Origin: Alphaproteobacteria bacterium
GTDB lineage: Bacteria > Pseudomonadota > Alphaproteobacteria > Micavibrionales > Micavibrionaceae
Reading direction: 5' to 3'
Assembly: GCA_003245575.1 (NCBI GenBank)
Contig: QKCR01000081.1
Location: 283 to 64,282, forward strand
Length of the DNA stretch: 64,000 nt
Position 1 is the stretch's first letter. Each line of letters starts with the position of its first letter. The translations under genes were made by a program, and so were the position numbers. The notes under the pieces are model-generated. The model searched no databases. It saw nothing but the letters and a program-made list of their open reading frames with translations, and was not told the origin of the DNA. Positions 8,340 through 18,070 of the stretch are shown here, one piece after another.

Positions 8340-8960
8340 CTATGAATTATGCGCGAAAATATCAATCTCCGGCCAGCCGACCAGATCAAGTTCGGCACGA
8401 GCAGGAAGAAAATCAAAACAGGCTTGCGCCAATTCTTTGCGACCCTCACGCACCAGCATCGGATCAATCGCATCCTTGATTTTGTGCAAATACAAAACAT
8501 CATTTGCAGCATAAACTTTTTGGTCCTCGCTTAAAGTCGCATTGCCCCAATCAGAAGATTGTTGTTGCTTGCTAAGCTCGACACCTAAAAGTTCACGGCA
8601 TAATTCTTTTAAAGAATGACGATCAGTAAATGTTCGTACCAAGCGGGATGCAATTTTGGTGCAATAAACAGGAGTACAATCGACGCCCATATAGGCCTTG
8701 ATCGAGGCAATATCAAAACGTCCGAAGTGAAAGATCTTAAGAATCTTTGGATCGGATAAAAGGCGGCGTAGATTTGGGGCAGCGTAATCAGATCCGACTG
8801 GAAACTGGACCAGATGCGCATCTCCGTCACCGAAGGACAGCTGAACCAGACACAAACGGTCACGAACTAAATTCAACCCCATGGTTTCTGTATCCACAGC
8901 AACCGAGGTCCCAAACGCCAGATCATCCGGCAAATCATTCTGATGTAAGTAAATTGTCAT
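8340..8960 (-). CDS. rnd: Ribonuclease D-like 3'-5' exonuclease (short form)
   Basis: DEDD exonuclease motifs VAVDTETMGL, FHFGRFDIA and YAANDVLYL. Confidence 0.8.
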   Translation of the reverse strand: MTIYLHQNDLPDDLAFGTSVAVDTETMGLNLVRDRLCLVQLSFGDGDAHLVQFPVGSDYAAPNLRRLLSDPKILKIFHFGRFDIASIKAYMGVDCTPVYCTKIASRLVRTFTDRHSLKELCRELLGVELSKQQQSSDWGNATLSEDQKVYAANDVLYLHKIKDAIDPMLVREGRKELAQACFDFLPARAELDLVGWPEIDIFAHNS

Positions 8961-9023
8961 TCACTCGGAGTACAGATTTTTGAGTGATTTTTCAAGTATT
9001 TTGCTGCGTTTACCCGTAAATCT

Positions 9024-10010
9024 CTAAACTCTGCTGCTTCGTTTGTCATGGGAAAGCAAGGCCTTCTCAATGGCAATAACTTCGGTTAACGCCGCTTCAA
9101 AATAGTCTTTTGAATCGGGAGAGAATGGTAAAAATCCGTCTCTAACGGCAAAAAGTGCTTTTTCTAAGGCCTCAAAGAAGGGGTTTTGAAGAGAAATGCA
9201 GACATATTCATTCTCTCCTGATTGGTTCTCCCCATACATCACAATATGATATTGTTCAGGCCCGCTCCGGTCTTTCCACACATTGAGGTAAGGTGAATAG
9301 ATTTTATAGGCGACGGCGTTGATGATCCCGCTCTTTTCAAGATGGTCTTTGACGTATTCGGTATAAGGAAGTTGATCTTTATAAAAGACATTATGAGCAT
9401 AAAGCTGCTCGGCAAAACTATGAAGACCGGAAATATGGTAAGGAATCCAGAGCGTAACCTTTTTGCCGTTTTCCGTCTTACCCTTGACGCCGAGCATCTG
9501 GAGAGAAGGATAATCATTAACATAATCAATTTTTTCCCACGGGCAGAGGCGTTCGCCCGAGAAAACGCCCCGTACGAGTACACCCTTTTCACTCACTTTC
9601 AGGCGAAACAAAAACGGGTCCAGCAAACATAAAATAGACGCAGGTCCAAAAATGAGAAGTAAAAGGGAAACACCTAAAAGATCTTCATCATGACGATAGC
9701 CGCGTGTACCGGGCAGAACAGGAGTAGGCCCATAATATTTTGTCCAAACGATATATAAAGGGATTGTAGCAAAAGCGAGACTTACCAGCCCGAGGGAAAC
9801 AATAACCTTTTTCGTGTGATTACTGTACCCATACGTCTTAACACGACCTTCTGCCCCACCATATGCGCTACTTTTAGTATGGGCTTTGATGCCGCCATAA
9901 AGGAGTTTGTAGAAAAAGTACGACACCCCGCCACCGATAATGATTTTAAGGATGATCTTAATAACGCTGGAATGGTCGGATTGCAGGATGGATTGAAAAA
10001 ATTCAGACAT
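9024..10010 (-). CDS. Hypothetical membrane protein
   Basis: Start moved to the ATG at 10010 (MSEFFQSIL...) because the longer track ORF overlaps tRNA-Leu. It has several N-terminal TM segments and a soluble C-terminal domain with no recognised family. Confidence 0.5.
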   Translation of the reverse strand: MSEFFQSILQSDHSSVIKIILKIIIGGGVSYFFYKLLYGGIKAHTKSSAYGGAEGRVKTYGYSNHTKKVIVSLGLVSLAFATIPLYIVWTKYYGPTPVLPGTRGYRHDEDLLGVSLLLLIFGPASILCLLDPFLFRLKVSEKGVLVRGVFSGERLCPWEKIDYVNDYPSLQMLGVKGKTENGKKVTLWIPYHISGLHSFAEQLYAHNVFYKDQLPYTEYVKDHLEKSGIINAVAYKIYSPYLNVWKDRSGPEQYHIVMYGENQSGENEYVCISLQNPFFEALEKALFAVRDGFLPFSPDSKDYFEAALTEVIAIEKALLSHDKRSSRV

Positions 10011-10093
10011 AGAACGACCCCGACAAATGAACTCAGAGGATAGTGTGCGCGTAAAATCTATAAAAAAGGTAAAATCAGTATGGAAAGGAAGAA

Positions 10094-10180
10094 TGGTGCC
10101 CTGAAGAAGACTCGAACTTCCACGTCCCGGAGGACACAAGTACCTGAAACTTGCGCGTCTACCAATTCCGCCACCAGGGC
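10094..10180 (-). tRNA. tRNA-Leu (anticodon CAG), 87 nt with encoded CCA
   Basis: The reverse complement is GCCCTGGTGGCGGAATTGGTAGACGCGCAAGTTTCAGGTACTTGTGTCCTCCGGGACGTGGAAGTTCGAGTCTTCTTCAGGGCACCA. It folds with a 7-bp acceptor stem, anticodon stem CAAGT/ACTTG with loop TTCAGGT, a long variable arm and the T-loop TTCGAGT. Confidence 0.93.
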
Positions 10181-10377
10181 ACTGGTGTAAAAGCCTTTAC
10201 GGTAGGGCGATACATCTATCCGAGCGTGTCAGAAATGTCAATTCAAATATAATTTTGCAGGCGAGGCAGAAATTGACGTTTTTTTAGCTTTTTTTTTACT
10301 AGAATTTTGAGATCATAGAGAGACCGAAATCCAGTTCGGGATTCTATGCCTTTTCGTGCTAAACCATAGGAAAAATT

Positions 10378-11199
10378 ATGAAAATACTCATTGTCGATCG
10401 GGACGAAATGACGGCTAACCTGATTAAATCACGGGTCGAGCCTCTGGGTCACACAGTTCTGATACATCCTGAAAAAGGCGAGAGTCTCGATAAAATCGTT
10501 CGTGAAGGATGGGATATAATTTTCATTGACCCGTCCCCTCTGACGAGCGTCAAACCGATGACGATGCAAATTCGTAGAAACGTTCGCCAGAATGTCCATT
10601 TGGTCCTTCTGTCCGATCACATGACGGAAGAAGAAGCGACAGTGGGCGGATTTAACGAATTGCTCGCGAAACCGATTAATCCGACAAAGATAGAAGAAAT
10701 TCTGGATCACTCGGAATATATGAACAGCTTGACCAAACATTTGGCAAACGATCAGATTGATTTCCCGAGTGCGGGCGGCGTGATTGCAAAGTCAGCCTAT
10801 AATCAGCTTTTCTTGTCTTGTATCGACCGCGCAGGTCGTTATGGCGAAACAGCCCATACGATTTTTATCACTTTTAAGAACTACAATGATATTTCTGCAA
10901 AAGACGGGTCTTACGAGTCAGAGATGATTAGCGCAAAGCTGGCTCAACATCTCGTACGTATTCGCCGTCAATCAGATATTATCGCGCAAATTCGTGCGAA
11001 TGAATATGCTCTTCTCTTGCTGCGTCCTTTGAACGAGTCAGAACCGATCGAGGCAGCGAACCGTTTCGCGGAATCTATATCAAAATGCACCGATTTACCA
11101 TCCACGCCCTATATGGATGTCGAAATTGGCGTCACGCTTTTGAGCCTTCCGGAAGGCAAAAAAATCGTGGAGCATCAGCTCGTCATTCGCCAGGAATAG
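10378..11199 (+). CDS. Response regulator: REC domain + degenerate GGDEF domain (A-site RANEY, I-site RQSD retained)
   Basis: The N-terminus MKILIVDRDE...WDIIFIDPSP is receiver-like. The C-terminal domain aligns to GGDEF, with RxxD (RQSD) exactly 5 residues upstream of RANEY in place of GG[DE]EF. Confidence 0.7.
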   Translation: MKILIVDRDEMTANLIKSRVEPLGHTVLIHPEKGESLDKIVREGWDIIFIDPSPLTSVKPMTMQIRRNVRQNVHLVLLSDHMTEEEATVGGFNELLAKPINPTKIEEILDHSEYMNSLTKHLANDQIDFPSAGGVIAKSAYNQLFLSCIDRAGRYGETAHTIFITFKNYNDISAKDGSYESEMISAKLAQHLVRIRRQSDIIAQIRANEYALLLLRPLNESEPIEAANRFAESISKCTDLPSTPYMDVEIGVTLLSLPEGKKIVEHQLVIRQE

Positions 11200-11258
11200 A
11201 CACCTCATCCGGAAACAATCCGGTCTCAGCGTTTCATCGAAACGCTGGGGTATGGCTC

Positions 11259-11615
11259 ATGGTTGTTTTGTCCGCATTCACCCTCTCCGCTTGTGCCACA
11301 ACTGAAAAAGAGCAACCGCAAAGTGCTTCGGTTCGGGCGGCTAAAGCCTGCATGAAATCTCTTCGTCAGTTTGTTCCCGCAGAACCTGAATATTATATCG
11401 GGGCCTGCACAAATACAGGAGTCTGGGTTGTCGAACATCGCAATAAAGATACAGGCGAAAAGATTGCCGAATATGATTTTGTGAACAAGCTCTACGGCGG
11501 AATGGAAACCGGCGGCGGTCTTGTCTCTGTCGAGTCATTGGGAGGTGAAGTTGAACAAGGTTTTTCCCTCACACAAAAAAACCTGAACGCAGCGCTCCTC
11601 AAACCCTCCAAATAA
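11259..11615 (+). CDS. Small putative lipoprotein
   Basis: ATG at 11259 gives MVVLSAFTLSAC with the lipobox LSAC. The longer track ORF start overlaps the preceding gene. Confidence 0.5.
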   Translation: MVVLSAFTLSACATTEKEQPQSASVRAAKACMKSLRQFVPAEPEYYIGACTNTGVWVVEHRNKDTGEKIAEYDFVNKLYGGMETGGGLVSVESLGGEVEQGFSLTQKNLNAALLKPSK

Positions 11616-11684
11616 TTAGTCTCTAAGAAAAGAAAAAGGACTGCACCATGCAGCCCTTTTCCGAGTGGGGACTTGTTATGATCC

Positions 11685-12413
11685 TTACGGATTATATTTT
11701 GTTTTAACCTGATAGGTTTTTCCGTTTGGTGTCGTATAGACTTTAACGGCTTCACCATTCGGCAGAATTTGTGTGGTGACACTACCGCCACGTACAGTTT
11801 GCGTTGTGGCTGTTTTATTTTCTTTATCATAGGAAGTTGTTGCGGACCCTTCATAACCATTCACACCATTATAGGTGGTGGTCTTCTGTCCGTCAGAATA
11901 AGATCCTGTTACGGTTGAGCCATTTTGATAGGCTTTGGTAACGGTTTGGCTATCTTTATCATAGTTGGACGTTTTCCCACCTGTTTGACCATTAGGTCCG
12001 TAATAGGTCGAAGATTTCTGTCCGTCTGAATAGGTTGTCGTTTTTGATGCACCCGCTGTGCTTTGGGTCGTAACAGTTTTATTGTCCTTATCATAGTTTG
12101 TAGAGGAAGAGCGCTCATTGCCGTTATAACCTGTTACTTCACGATCATAGCTTTTGGTTTCTTTGTTGAAAGACCCGCTACCCGATTTCGAAAAGCTGCC
12201 TTTAGGTGTGGTGGCTTCTTTACCCCAGCTGTGGCCTGACGGTTTGCTTGTTCCGCCTCCTAAAGAAAACTCGCGTGCTGACGCTTCGGTTGTATGCCCT
12301 GCAATTCCAAATGCGAGAGCCAGAATGGCAACAGCTGTCCAGATGGAAAATCTTGTGTCTGCCGACATAGTGGTCGGCACTTGTACGGTATAAACTTGGT
12401 TTTGTGTACGCAT
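11685..12413 (-). CDS. Secreted Ser/Thr/Gly/Tyr-rich repeat protein
   Basis: Signal peptide FSIWTAVAILALAFGIAGHTTEASA. Repeated modules are [ST]NYDK[DE]..T.T and YSDGQK..TY.G.NG. The start is assigned to the ATG at 12413, 6 nt after GAGGAG; GTG at 12431 and ATG at 12419 are alternatives. Confidence 0.6.
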   Translation of the reverse strand: MRTQNQVYTVQVPTTMSADTRFSIWTAVAILALAFGIAGHTTEASAREFSLGGGTSKPSGHSWGKEATTPKGSFSKSGSGSFNKETKSYDREVTGYNGNERSSSTNYDKDNKTVTTQSTAGASKTTTYSDGQKSSTYYGPNGQTGGKTSNYDKDSQTVTKAYQNGSTVTGSYSDGQKTTTYNGVNGYEGSATTSYDKENKTATTQTVRGGSVTTQILPNGEAVKVYTTPNGKTYQVKTKYNP

Positions 12414-12572
12414 CTTCATCTCCTCACACACTGCCCCTCATTTCGGGGGTTACCAAACATCAACGCATCTAGAATAACATTCCCCCCACAGCTTTGACAC
12501 GACTCTTGATATTTTTTTCCTGAAAAGCATATATTTTTGTAACAAATAGGGGGATATGGGCGAATATCACAT

Positions 12573-13154
12573 ATGAAAATAAAAAAGATTCATTTAAAAT
12601 CAGATGGTTATGAATTTAACCCCCTAAGACGTCGCTTATTACTTTTTATAGGGGGCGGAATGCTTCTATGGACAGCCGATAGAGCAGGATTGCTGGGTAG
12701 ATCAGCTCGGGCCGCAACAGGCGAGACCAATCGGAAATGGGAAGATCAGGAAGGAAAAGTCATCAAAATGACCAAGTCAGATCAGGAATGGAAAAAAGAG
12801 CTCGGTGATAAAGAGTATAATGTTTTGCGGGAAGAAGGAACGGAACGCCCTTTCACCTCGTCTTTGCTGGATGAACATCGGGATGGAGTTTATGTCTGCG
12901 CAGCATGTGGACTACCGTTGTTCAAATCAGGTTCGAAATATAATTCAGGCACAGGTTGGCCAAGCTTCTATCAGGCAATCGAAGGACATGTCGAAACCAA
13001 AACAGATTACAAACTGGTTCTACCAAGAACAGAATATCATTGCGCAAGATGTGGAGGTCATCAGGGACATGTGTTTGAAGACGGCCCCGACCCGACCGGC
13101 CTTAGATACTGTAATAACGGCGTAGCATTACGCTTCCAGGAACAGAAAGAATAG
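12573..13154 (+). CDS. msrB: Peptide-methionine (R)-S-oxide reductase MsrB, with Tat-like signal
   Basis: CAACGLPLF...GWPSF and CARCGGHQGHVFEDGP...RYC motifs. The N-terminus has RRRLLLFIGGG. Confidence 0.9.
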   Translation: MKIKKIHLKSDGYEFNPLRRRLLLFIGGGMLLWTADRAGLLGRSARAATGETNRKWEDQEGKVIKMTKSDQEWKKELGDKEYNVLREEGTERPFTSSLLDEHRDGVYVCAACGLPLFKSGSKYNSGTGWPSFYQAIEGHVETKTDYKLVLPRTEYHCARCGGHQGHVFEDGPDPTGLRYCNNGVALRFQEQKE

Positions 13155-13161
13155 GGTTAAC

Positions 13162-13821
13162 ATGAAGAAAGGCCTGCTTCTAACAGGAATAATGGTGAGT
13201 TTGATGTGGGGATGCTCTTTGGGAAATGCAGCGTCTGTTGCAATTCCGGTACCGACCAAGGACGACAGTCTGGCCGCAGAACCGTCAGAAAAGAACCTGA
13301 TTGTTGCGGGAGGATGCTTCTGGGGCATAGAGGCTGTGTTTTTGCATGTCAAAGGTGTAAAAAATGCTGTCAGCGGGTATGCGGGCGGTACGGCAGATAC
13401 AGCCACGTATGATCAGGTCAGCACAGGAAAAACAGGCCATGCCGAGGCAGTGAAGATTGTCTATGATCCGTCACAAGTGACCGTTGGAGAATTGCTGCGC
13501 GTGTATTTCGGAGTAGCCCATGATCCGACCCAGCTTAACTATCAAGGCCCGGACCACGGCACACAATATCGCTCCGCAGTGTTTTATAATGATGAGACGC
13601 AAAAGGATATAACCGAAGCTTATATCCGTCAGCTAGACGCGGAAAAAATCTTCGGCAGCAAGATTGTCACGACCCTTGAACCGCTTGAGACATTCTACCC
13701 CGCCGAGACATACCACCAGAACTATGTCGCGTTTCATCCTGATAGTCTTTATGTCATGGTCCATGACGCGCCCAAACTGACAGCTTTGGAAGACACCTTT
13801 CCGGATCTATATGTGAAATAG
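13162..13821 (+). CDS. msrA: Peptide-methionine (S)-S-oxide reductase MsrA, exported
   Basis: GGCFWGIEAVF, GYAGG and TGHAEAVKIVYDP motifs, with an N-terminal signal peptide. Confidence 0.9.
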   Translation: MKKGLLLTGIMVSLMWGCSLGNAASVAIPVPTKDDSLAAEPSEKNLIVAGGCFWGIEAVFLHVKGVKNAVSGYAGGTADTATYDQVSTGKTGHAEAVKIVYDPSQVTVGELLRVYFGVAHDPTQLNYQGPDHGTQYRSAVFYNDETQKDITEAYIRQLDAEKIFGSKIVTTLEPLETFYPAETYHQNYVAFHPDSLYVMVHDAPKLTALEDTFPDLYVK

Positions 13822-13947
13822 AGCCTTAGGGTTCTAGAGATCAAGCAACAAAAAAACAGTGTAGAAACAGGTGTTTTTACCTGTTTTTCATGTTACTGTG
13901 CTATCCGTTGATATGCATATCATTATAGCTAATAACAGGTTTTCTTT

Positions 13948-16131
13948 ATGACGTCTTCGGCCGCTGATCTGGTCTCCCAAATCCATTCCTACTATCCTGA
14001 TGCGGACCCAAAGCCGATCGAGGATGCGGTAGAGTTCGCCAAGGTTAAGCACGAAGGCCAGACAAGAAAGTCCGGAGAGCCGTATTACACCCACCCGTTG
14101 GAAGTCGCAGGCATTCTTGCCGACATGAAAATGGACCCTGCAACAATTATCACAGCCATCCTGCACGACACTCTGGAAGACACTGACGCGACCTACGAAG
14201 AGATTGAAAAGAAATTTTCTCCCGAAGTTGCGTCTCTTGTAAATGGTGTCAGTAAGCTAACAAAAATCGAGAGCCAGACTGTAGAAGGGAAGCAAGCTGA
14301 AAACTTCCGAAAACTATTGCTGGCAATGTCTGAAGATATTCGGGTGCTGCTCGTCAAGCTTGCCGACCGTTTGCACAATATGCAGACATTGCATCACCAT
14401 TCAAAACCGGAAAAAAGGTTTCGTATCGCACGTGAGACGATTGATATTTATGCGCCTCTCGCCGAACGTGTAGGTCTCCATAAAATCAAAGAAGATCTCG
14501 AAGATCTTGCCTTCTCGTATCTCAACGGTGAAGCGCGCGATAGTATTACAAACCGTTTGTCATTTTTGCGTCAGGAAGGGTCTGACCTTGTTAATGTCAT
14601 TATCACGGAATTAACACGCATCATTCAGGATGCAGGCATAAAAGGTCAGGTCACGGGCCGCGAGAAAACCCGCTATTCCATCTGGAAGAAGATGCAGCGG
14701 AAAAATGTTTCCTTTGAACAACTCTCCGACATCATGGCATTCCGCATTGTGGTGGAAACCGTTGCCGAATGTTATCACGCGCTAGGTGTCGTTCACTCGC
14801 AATACTCTGTTGTTCCGGGACGTTTCAAGGATTATATTTCGACACCAAAACCGAACGGCTATCGCTCGATCCATACGACCATTATCGGCCCGGAAAACCA
14901 GCGCATTGAAATTCAGATCAGAACACAGGAAATGCATGCGGAAGCCGATCTGGGGGTTGCAGCACACTGGGCGTACAAACAAACAGATGTAAAATCAGCA
15001 ATTAACGAAGCCAAAAAATATCGCTGGATGCGTGAACTGCTCGATATTCTCGAACAAGATCAGCGTCCCGAAGATTTTTGGGAAAACACCAAGCTCGAGC
15101 TGTTTCAGGAGCAGGTTTTTGCCTTTACCCCTAAAGGAGATTTGTTCGAACTCCCTCAAGGATCAACACCGATTGACTTTGCATACGCCATCCACTCTGA
15201 CGTCGGGAACAGATGTATCGGTGCCAAGATCAACGGACGTATTGCCCCGCTTAACACCAAATTACAAAACGGCGATCAGGTTGAAATCGTAACGGCCAAA
15301 ACCCAGAACCCGTCTCCGACATGGGAACGTTTTGTTGTAACGGGAAAAGCGCGTTCGCATATTCGTCGGTTTATTCGCCAGCAGCAACGCTCGGAATATA
15401 TGACGCTCGGCAAAGCCATGCTGCAAAAAGTTTTCAAAACCGAAGGGTATGAATTCACGGATAAAGCCGTTGCAGGAATAGTTGACCAGTTCCGTGAATG
15501 TGAAAATGTCGATGATGTCTATGCAGGTATCGGATCAGGAAATATCGTTGCGCGCGATGTCTTCCGTTCTATTTTCCCTGCGCATAAATCAGAGCAGGAA
15601 GCATCCAGAATTAACCTGCCGGAAGATATTCCGACGGTACGTGCCAACCTGAATCAGCCGCGCTCCGGTAAACAACAACCAATGCCGATCAAGGGGCTTA
15701 TTCCCGGCATGGCTGTACATTTCGCAAGATGTTGCCACCCATTGCCGGGAGACAGGATTGTCGGGATTGTAACCACCGGAAAAGGTGTGACGGTCCACAC
15801 AATTGATTGTGAAACACTGGAGCAATTTGCAGATACACCGGAACGCTGGATTGATGTGTCTTGGGGCGAAGGACAAGATAGTCCTGAAAACCGCATCGGC
15901 CGCCTTATGGTTACAATTTCGAACACGCCGGGTGCGCTGGGGACATTATCAACCGTCATCGGCAAAAGCGGCGGGAACATTACGAACCTCAAAATTACTT
16001 CGCGTTCCGTGGATTTCTGGGATATGTATCTCGACGTTTCCGTACTCGACACCAAACACCTGAACAATATTGTTGCCGCTCTCAGGGCAACGCCGCAGGT
16101 TGTCAGTGTCGAGCGCGCCAGAGGACGATAA
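13948..16131 (+). CDS. spoT: Bifunctional (p)ppGpp synthetase/hydrolase (Rsh, SpoT/RelA homologue)
   Basis: HD hydrolase (HPLEVAGILA, HDTLEDT), synthetase domain (YRSIHTT, IEIQIRT), TGS and a C-terminal ACT domain. Confidence 0.95.
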   Translation: MTSSAADLVSQIHSYYPDADPKPIEDAVEFAKVKHEGQTRKSGEPYYTHPLEVAGILADMKMDPATIITAILHDTLEDTDATYEEIEKKFSPEVASLVNGVSKLTKIESQTVEGKQAENFRKLLLAMSEDIRVLLVKLADRLHNMQTLHHHSKPEKRFRIARETIDIYAPLAERVGLHKIKEDLEDLAFSYLNGEARDSITNRLSFLRQEGSDLVNVIITELTRIIQDAGIKGQVTGREKTRYSIWKKMQRKNVSFEQLSDIMAFRIVVETVAECYHALGVVHSQYSVVPGRFKDYISTPKPNGYRSIHTTIIGPENQRIEIQIRTQEMHAEADLGVAAHWAYKQTDVKSAINEAKKYRWMRELLDILEQDQRPEDFWENTKLELFQEQVFAFTPKGDLFELPQGSTPIDFAYAIHSDVGNRCIGAKINGRIAPLNTKLQNGDQVEIVTAKTQNPSPTWERFVVTGKARSHIRRFIRQQQRSEYMTLGKAMLQKVFKTEGYEFTDKAVAGIVDQFRECENVDDVYAGIGSGNIVARDVFRSIFPAHKSEQEASRINLPEDIPTVRANLNQPRSGKQQPMPIKGLIPGMAVHFARCCHPLPGDRIVGIVTTGKGVTVHTIDCETLEQFADTPERWIDVSWGEGQDSPENRIGRLMVTISNTPGALGTLSTVIGKSGGNITNLKITSRSVDFWDMYLDVSVLDTKHLNNIVAALRATPQVVSVERARGR

Positions 16132-16179
16132 GAAGGCGATTCAAGGAAAATAAAAAGCAGATAAAGAAAAGTTACCAGT

Positions 16180-16764
16180 ATGTTTGGTCGCAAAATAAAA
16201 AGAACATTAGCCCAAAATATCCGCGAAGCTCTATGGCCATCTATGGGGTGGAAGCGCACTTTCCGGTATGTGCAACATCGATTGGTCCGCATCAAGGATA
16301 CAACTAGCGCGATTGCGCGTGGTATGGCCTTTGGGGCGGCAGTCTCTTTTGCACCTGTACCGGGAACGCATATTTTTACAGCAGCAATCCTGTCATGGGC
16401 GACACGTAGCTCTGTACTGGCAAGTGTCGTTGGCACACTTGTCGGGAACCCTTGGACCTTTCCGATCATGTGGTGGAGTGCCTATAAATTGGGGGATTGG
16501 GTATTTTATGCGCTTGGGTTACCGGTTCGCGAAATGCCTGAAAAATTTGAATTCGGGGAATTGATGCATGAAATCAAAACAGACCCGCTGGGGCTGTTTG
16601 TCCCGTGGGTATCGGGTGGATTTATCCTGGCCTTCCTGTCATGGCCGATTTTCTATCTGATTTTCTATCGTATTGTTCGCCAAGCCAGATTGCGCCAGAA
16701 ACAATGGAAAATGCACCGCTTGCATAAAGTGGGTCGTAAATTGACGGAGCCGCCGAAAGCATGA
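16180..16764 (+). CDS. DUF2062 family membrane protein
   Basis: N-terminus RKIKRTL...[42 protein letters not shown], then TM segments. It overlaps the acpS start. Confidence 0.7.
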   Translation: MFGRKIKRTLAQNIREALWPSMGWKRTFRYVQHRLVRIKDTTSAIARGMAFGAAVSFAPVPGTHIFTAAILSWATRSSVLASVVGTLVGNPWTFPIMWWSAYKLGDWVFYALGLPVREMPEKFEFGELMHEIKTDPLGLFVPWVSGGFILAFLSWPIFYLIFYRIVRQARLRQKQWKMHRLHKVGRKLTEPPKA

Positions 16765-17165
16765 TTATCGGAACAGGCAGCGATTTGATTGATATACGGC
16801 GTATCGAGAAAAGCCTCGAGCGTTTCGGTGATCGGTTTATTAATCGCTGTTTCTCTCCTGAAGAAATTGCCAAAGCAGAGCGTCGTCGCGCGGCCGGAAC
16901 ACATATCGCAACCTATGCCAAACGCTTCGCTGCCAAAGAGGCGTGTTCCAAAGCCTTGGGAACAGGATTTAATCATGGTGTCTATATGAAAGATATAGCG
17001 GTCATCAATGATGCCAACGGCAAACCGACCCTGCGCCTGACAAACGGTGCAAAGGACAGGCTTGATGCCCTGATGCCCGAAGGCACAAAAGCCAACATCC
17101 ATCTGACCATCACAGACGAACCTCCCATGGCACAGGCGATGGTTATCATCGAGGCAATCGAATGA
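16761..17165 (+). CDS. acpS: Holo-[acyl-carrier-protein] synthase
   Basis: [16 protein letters not shown] and [14 protein letters not shown] motifs; 134 aa. Confidence 0.9.
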   Translation: MIIGTGSDLIDIRRIEKSLERFGDRFINRCFSPEEIAKAERRRAAGTHIATYAKRFAAKEACSKALGTGFNHGVYMKDIAVINDANGKPTLRLTNGAKDRLDALMPEGTKANIHLTITDEPPMAQAMVIIEAIE

Positions 17166-18022
17166 GTGTAAAGCCATTCAGTTATATAATAGGGTTATGG
17201 ATAGTTTTTTTAATTTCATTCATATCTCCATCGGCGCTGGCGCATGCGCCTTATCTGGAAAAATTAGCAATCTTGGAGGATGATCAAGGAAATAGATATA
17301 TTCTTGAGAAGTTATACGGGGATGGAGTTGTTCTGGCCGACCCGTATAGATTCCAGATCAGAAATTTGAATGGAGCTATTCTTGCCCATGGTCCGGCAAA
17401 TGGAGCCAGCTACGTAGATTGTCCATCATTAGAAAAATGCAGAATTTATTCTGGCTCGATACTAACCTTAAAGGCTAGGAAATATTCTTTAGACATATCA
17501 ATTTTAGACCCCGTGTCGCACTTTCCTCAATCAGAGGAAAGAGAACGATCGGAGGCTTATAAAAAATACTGGGAACATCAAGCGAGAGATTTCAGAAGGT
17601 ATCTCGAAGACGAGAAGCAAAAATCATACCATGGGTATTTGTATAACGAATACCCCGAGCTCTCAGAACTAGAAATTTTGGGCTTTAATGAAGAAATTTC
17701 AATCTCTTCATATTTGGGTCTTGCTTACACAGTATTGGCGCAAAATATCCTAATAATACTGGGGTTTATAGTATTGGGCTATTGTTCGCGGTTCTACATG
17801 GGACTCAACGGGAGGCTTAAAACATTACAAAAGTGCGTCCTCAGAAAAGCGTTATATCTGCTATGGGGAATAGGGTACTTGGCTGTCTTTTCAATGGTTC
17901 TGATAATAAATGCAGCCATGATGTTAGGAGGCTCATTACACTTCCTGATATATCCGATATTGTGTTTGCTTGGGGCGTATATCAGAAAAAGACACGAAAA
18001 GAGAAAATTTATACAAATTTAA
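17162..18022 (+). CDS. Hypothetical exported/membrane protein inserted between acpS and lepB
   Basis: Signal peptide ...SPSALAHAP and 3-4 C-terminal TM segments. It is AT-richer than its neighbours, overlaps the acpS stop by 4 nt (ATGA), and has no recognised family. Confidence 0.5.
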   Translation: MSVKPFSYIIGLWIVFLISFISPSALAHAPYLEKLAILEDDQGNRYILEKLYGDGVVLADPYRFQIRNLNGAILAHGPANGASYVDCPSLEKCRIYSGSILTLKARKYSLDISILDPVSHFPQSEERERSEAYKKYWEHQARDFRRYLEDEKQKSYHGYLYNEYPELSELEILGFNEEISISSYLGLAYTVLAQNILIILGFIVLGYCSRFYMGLNGRLKTLQKCVLRKALYLLWGIGYLAVFSMVLIINAAMMLGGSLHFLIYPILCLLGAYIRKRHEKRKFIQI

Positions 18023-18070
18023 GACCTGGAAACACTGGATTTAAGCGAAGGAAACGGTTAAGAACGGACT

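Noticed and set aside
10011-10139. N-terminal 43 codons of the 371-aa track ORF 9024..10139
   Set aside because: This extension overlaps tRNA-Leu(CAG) (10094-10180) on the same strand. The internal ATG at 10010 gives a sensible start.
15654-16469. 271-aa minus-strand ORF
   Set aside because: It is antisense to the 3' end of rsh/spoT and the 5' end of the DUF2062 gene, both of which have strong family motifs.
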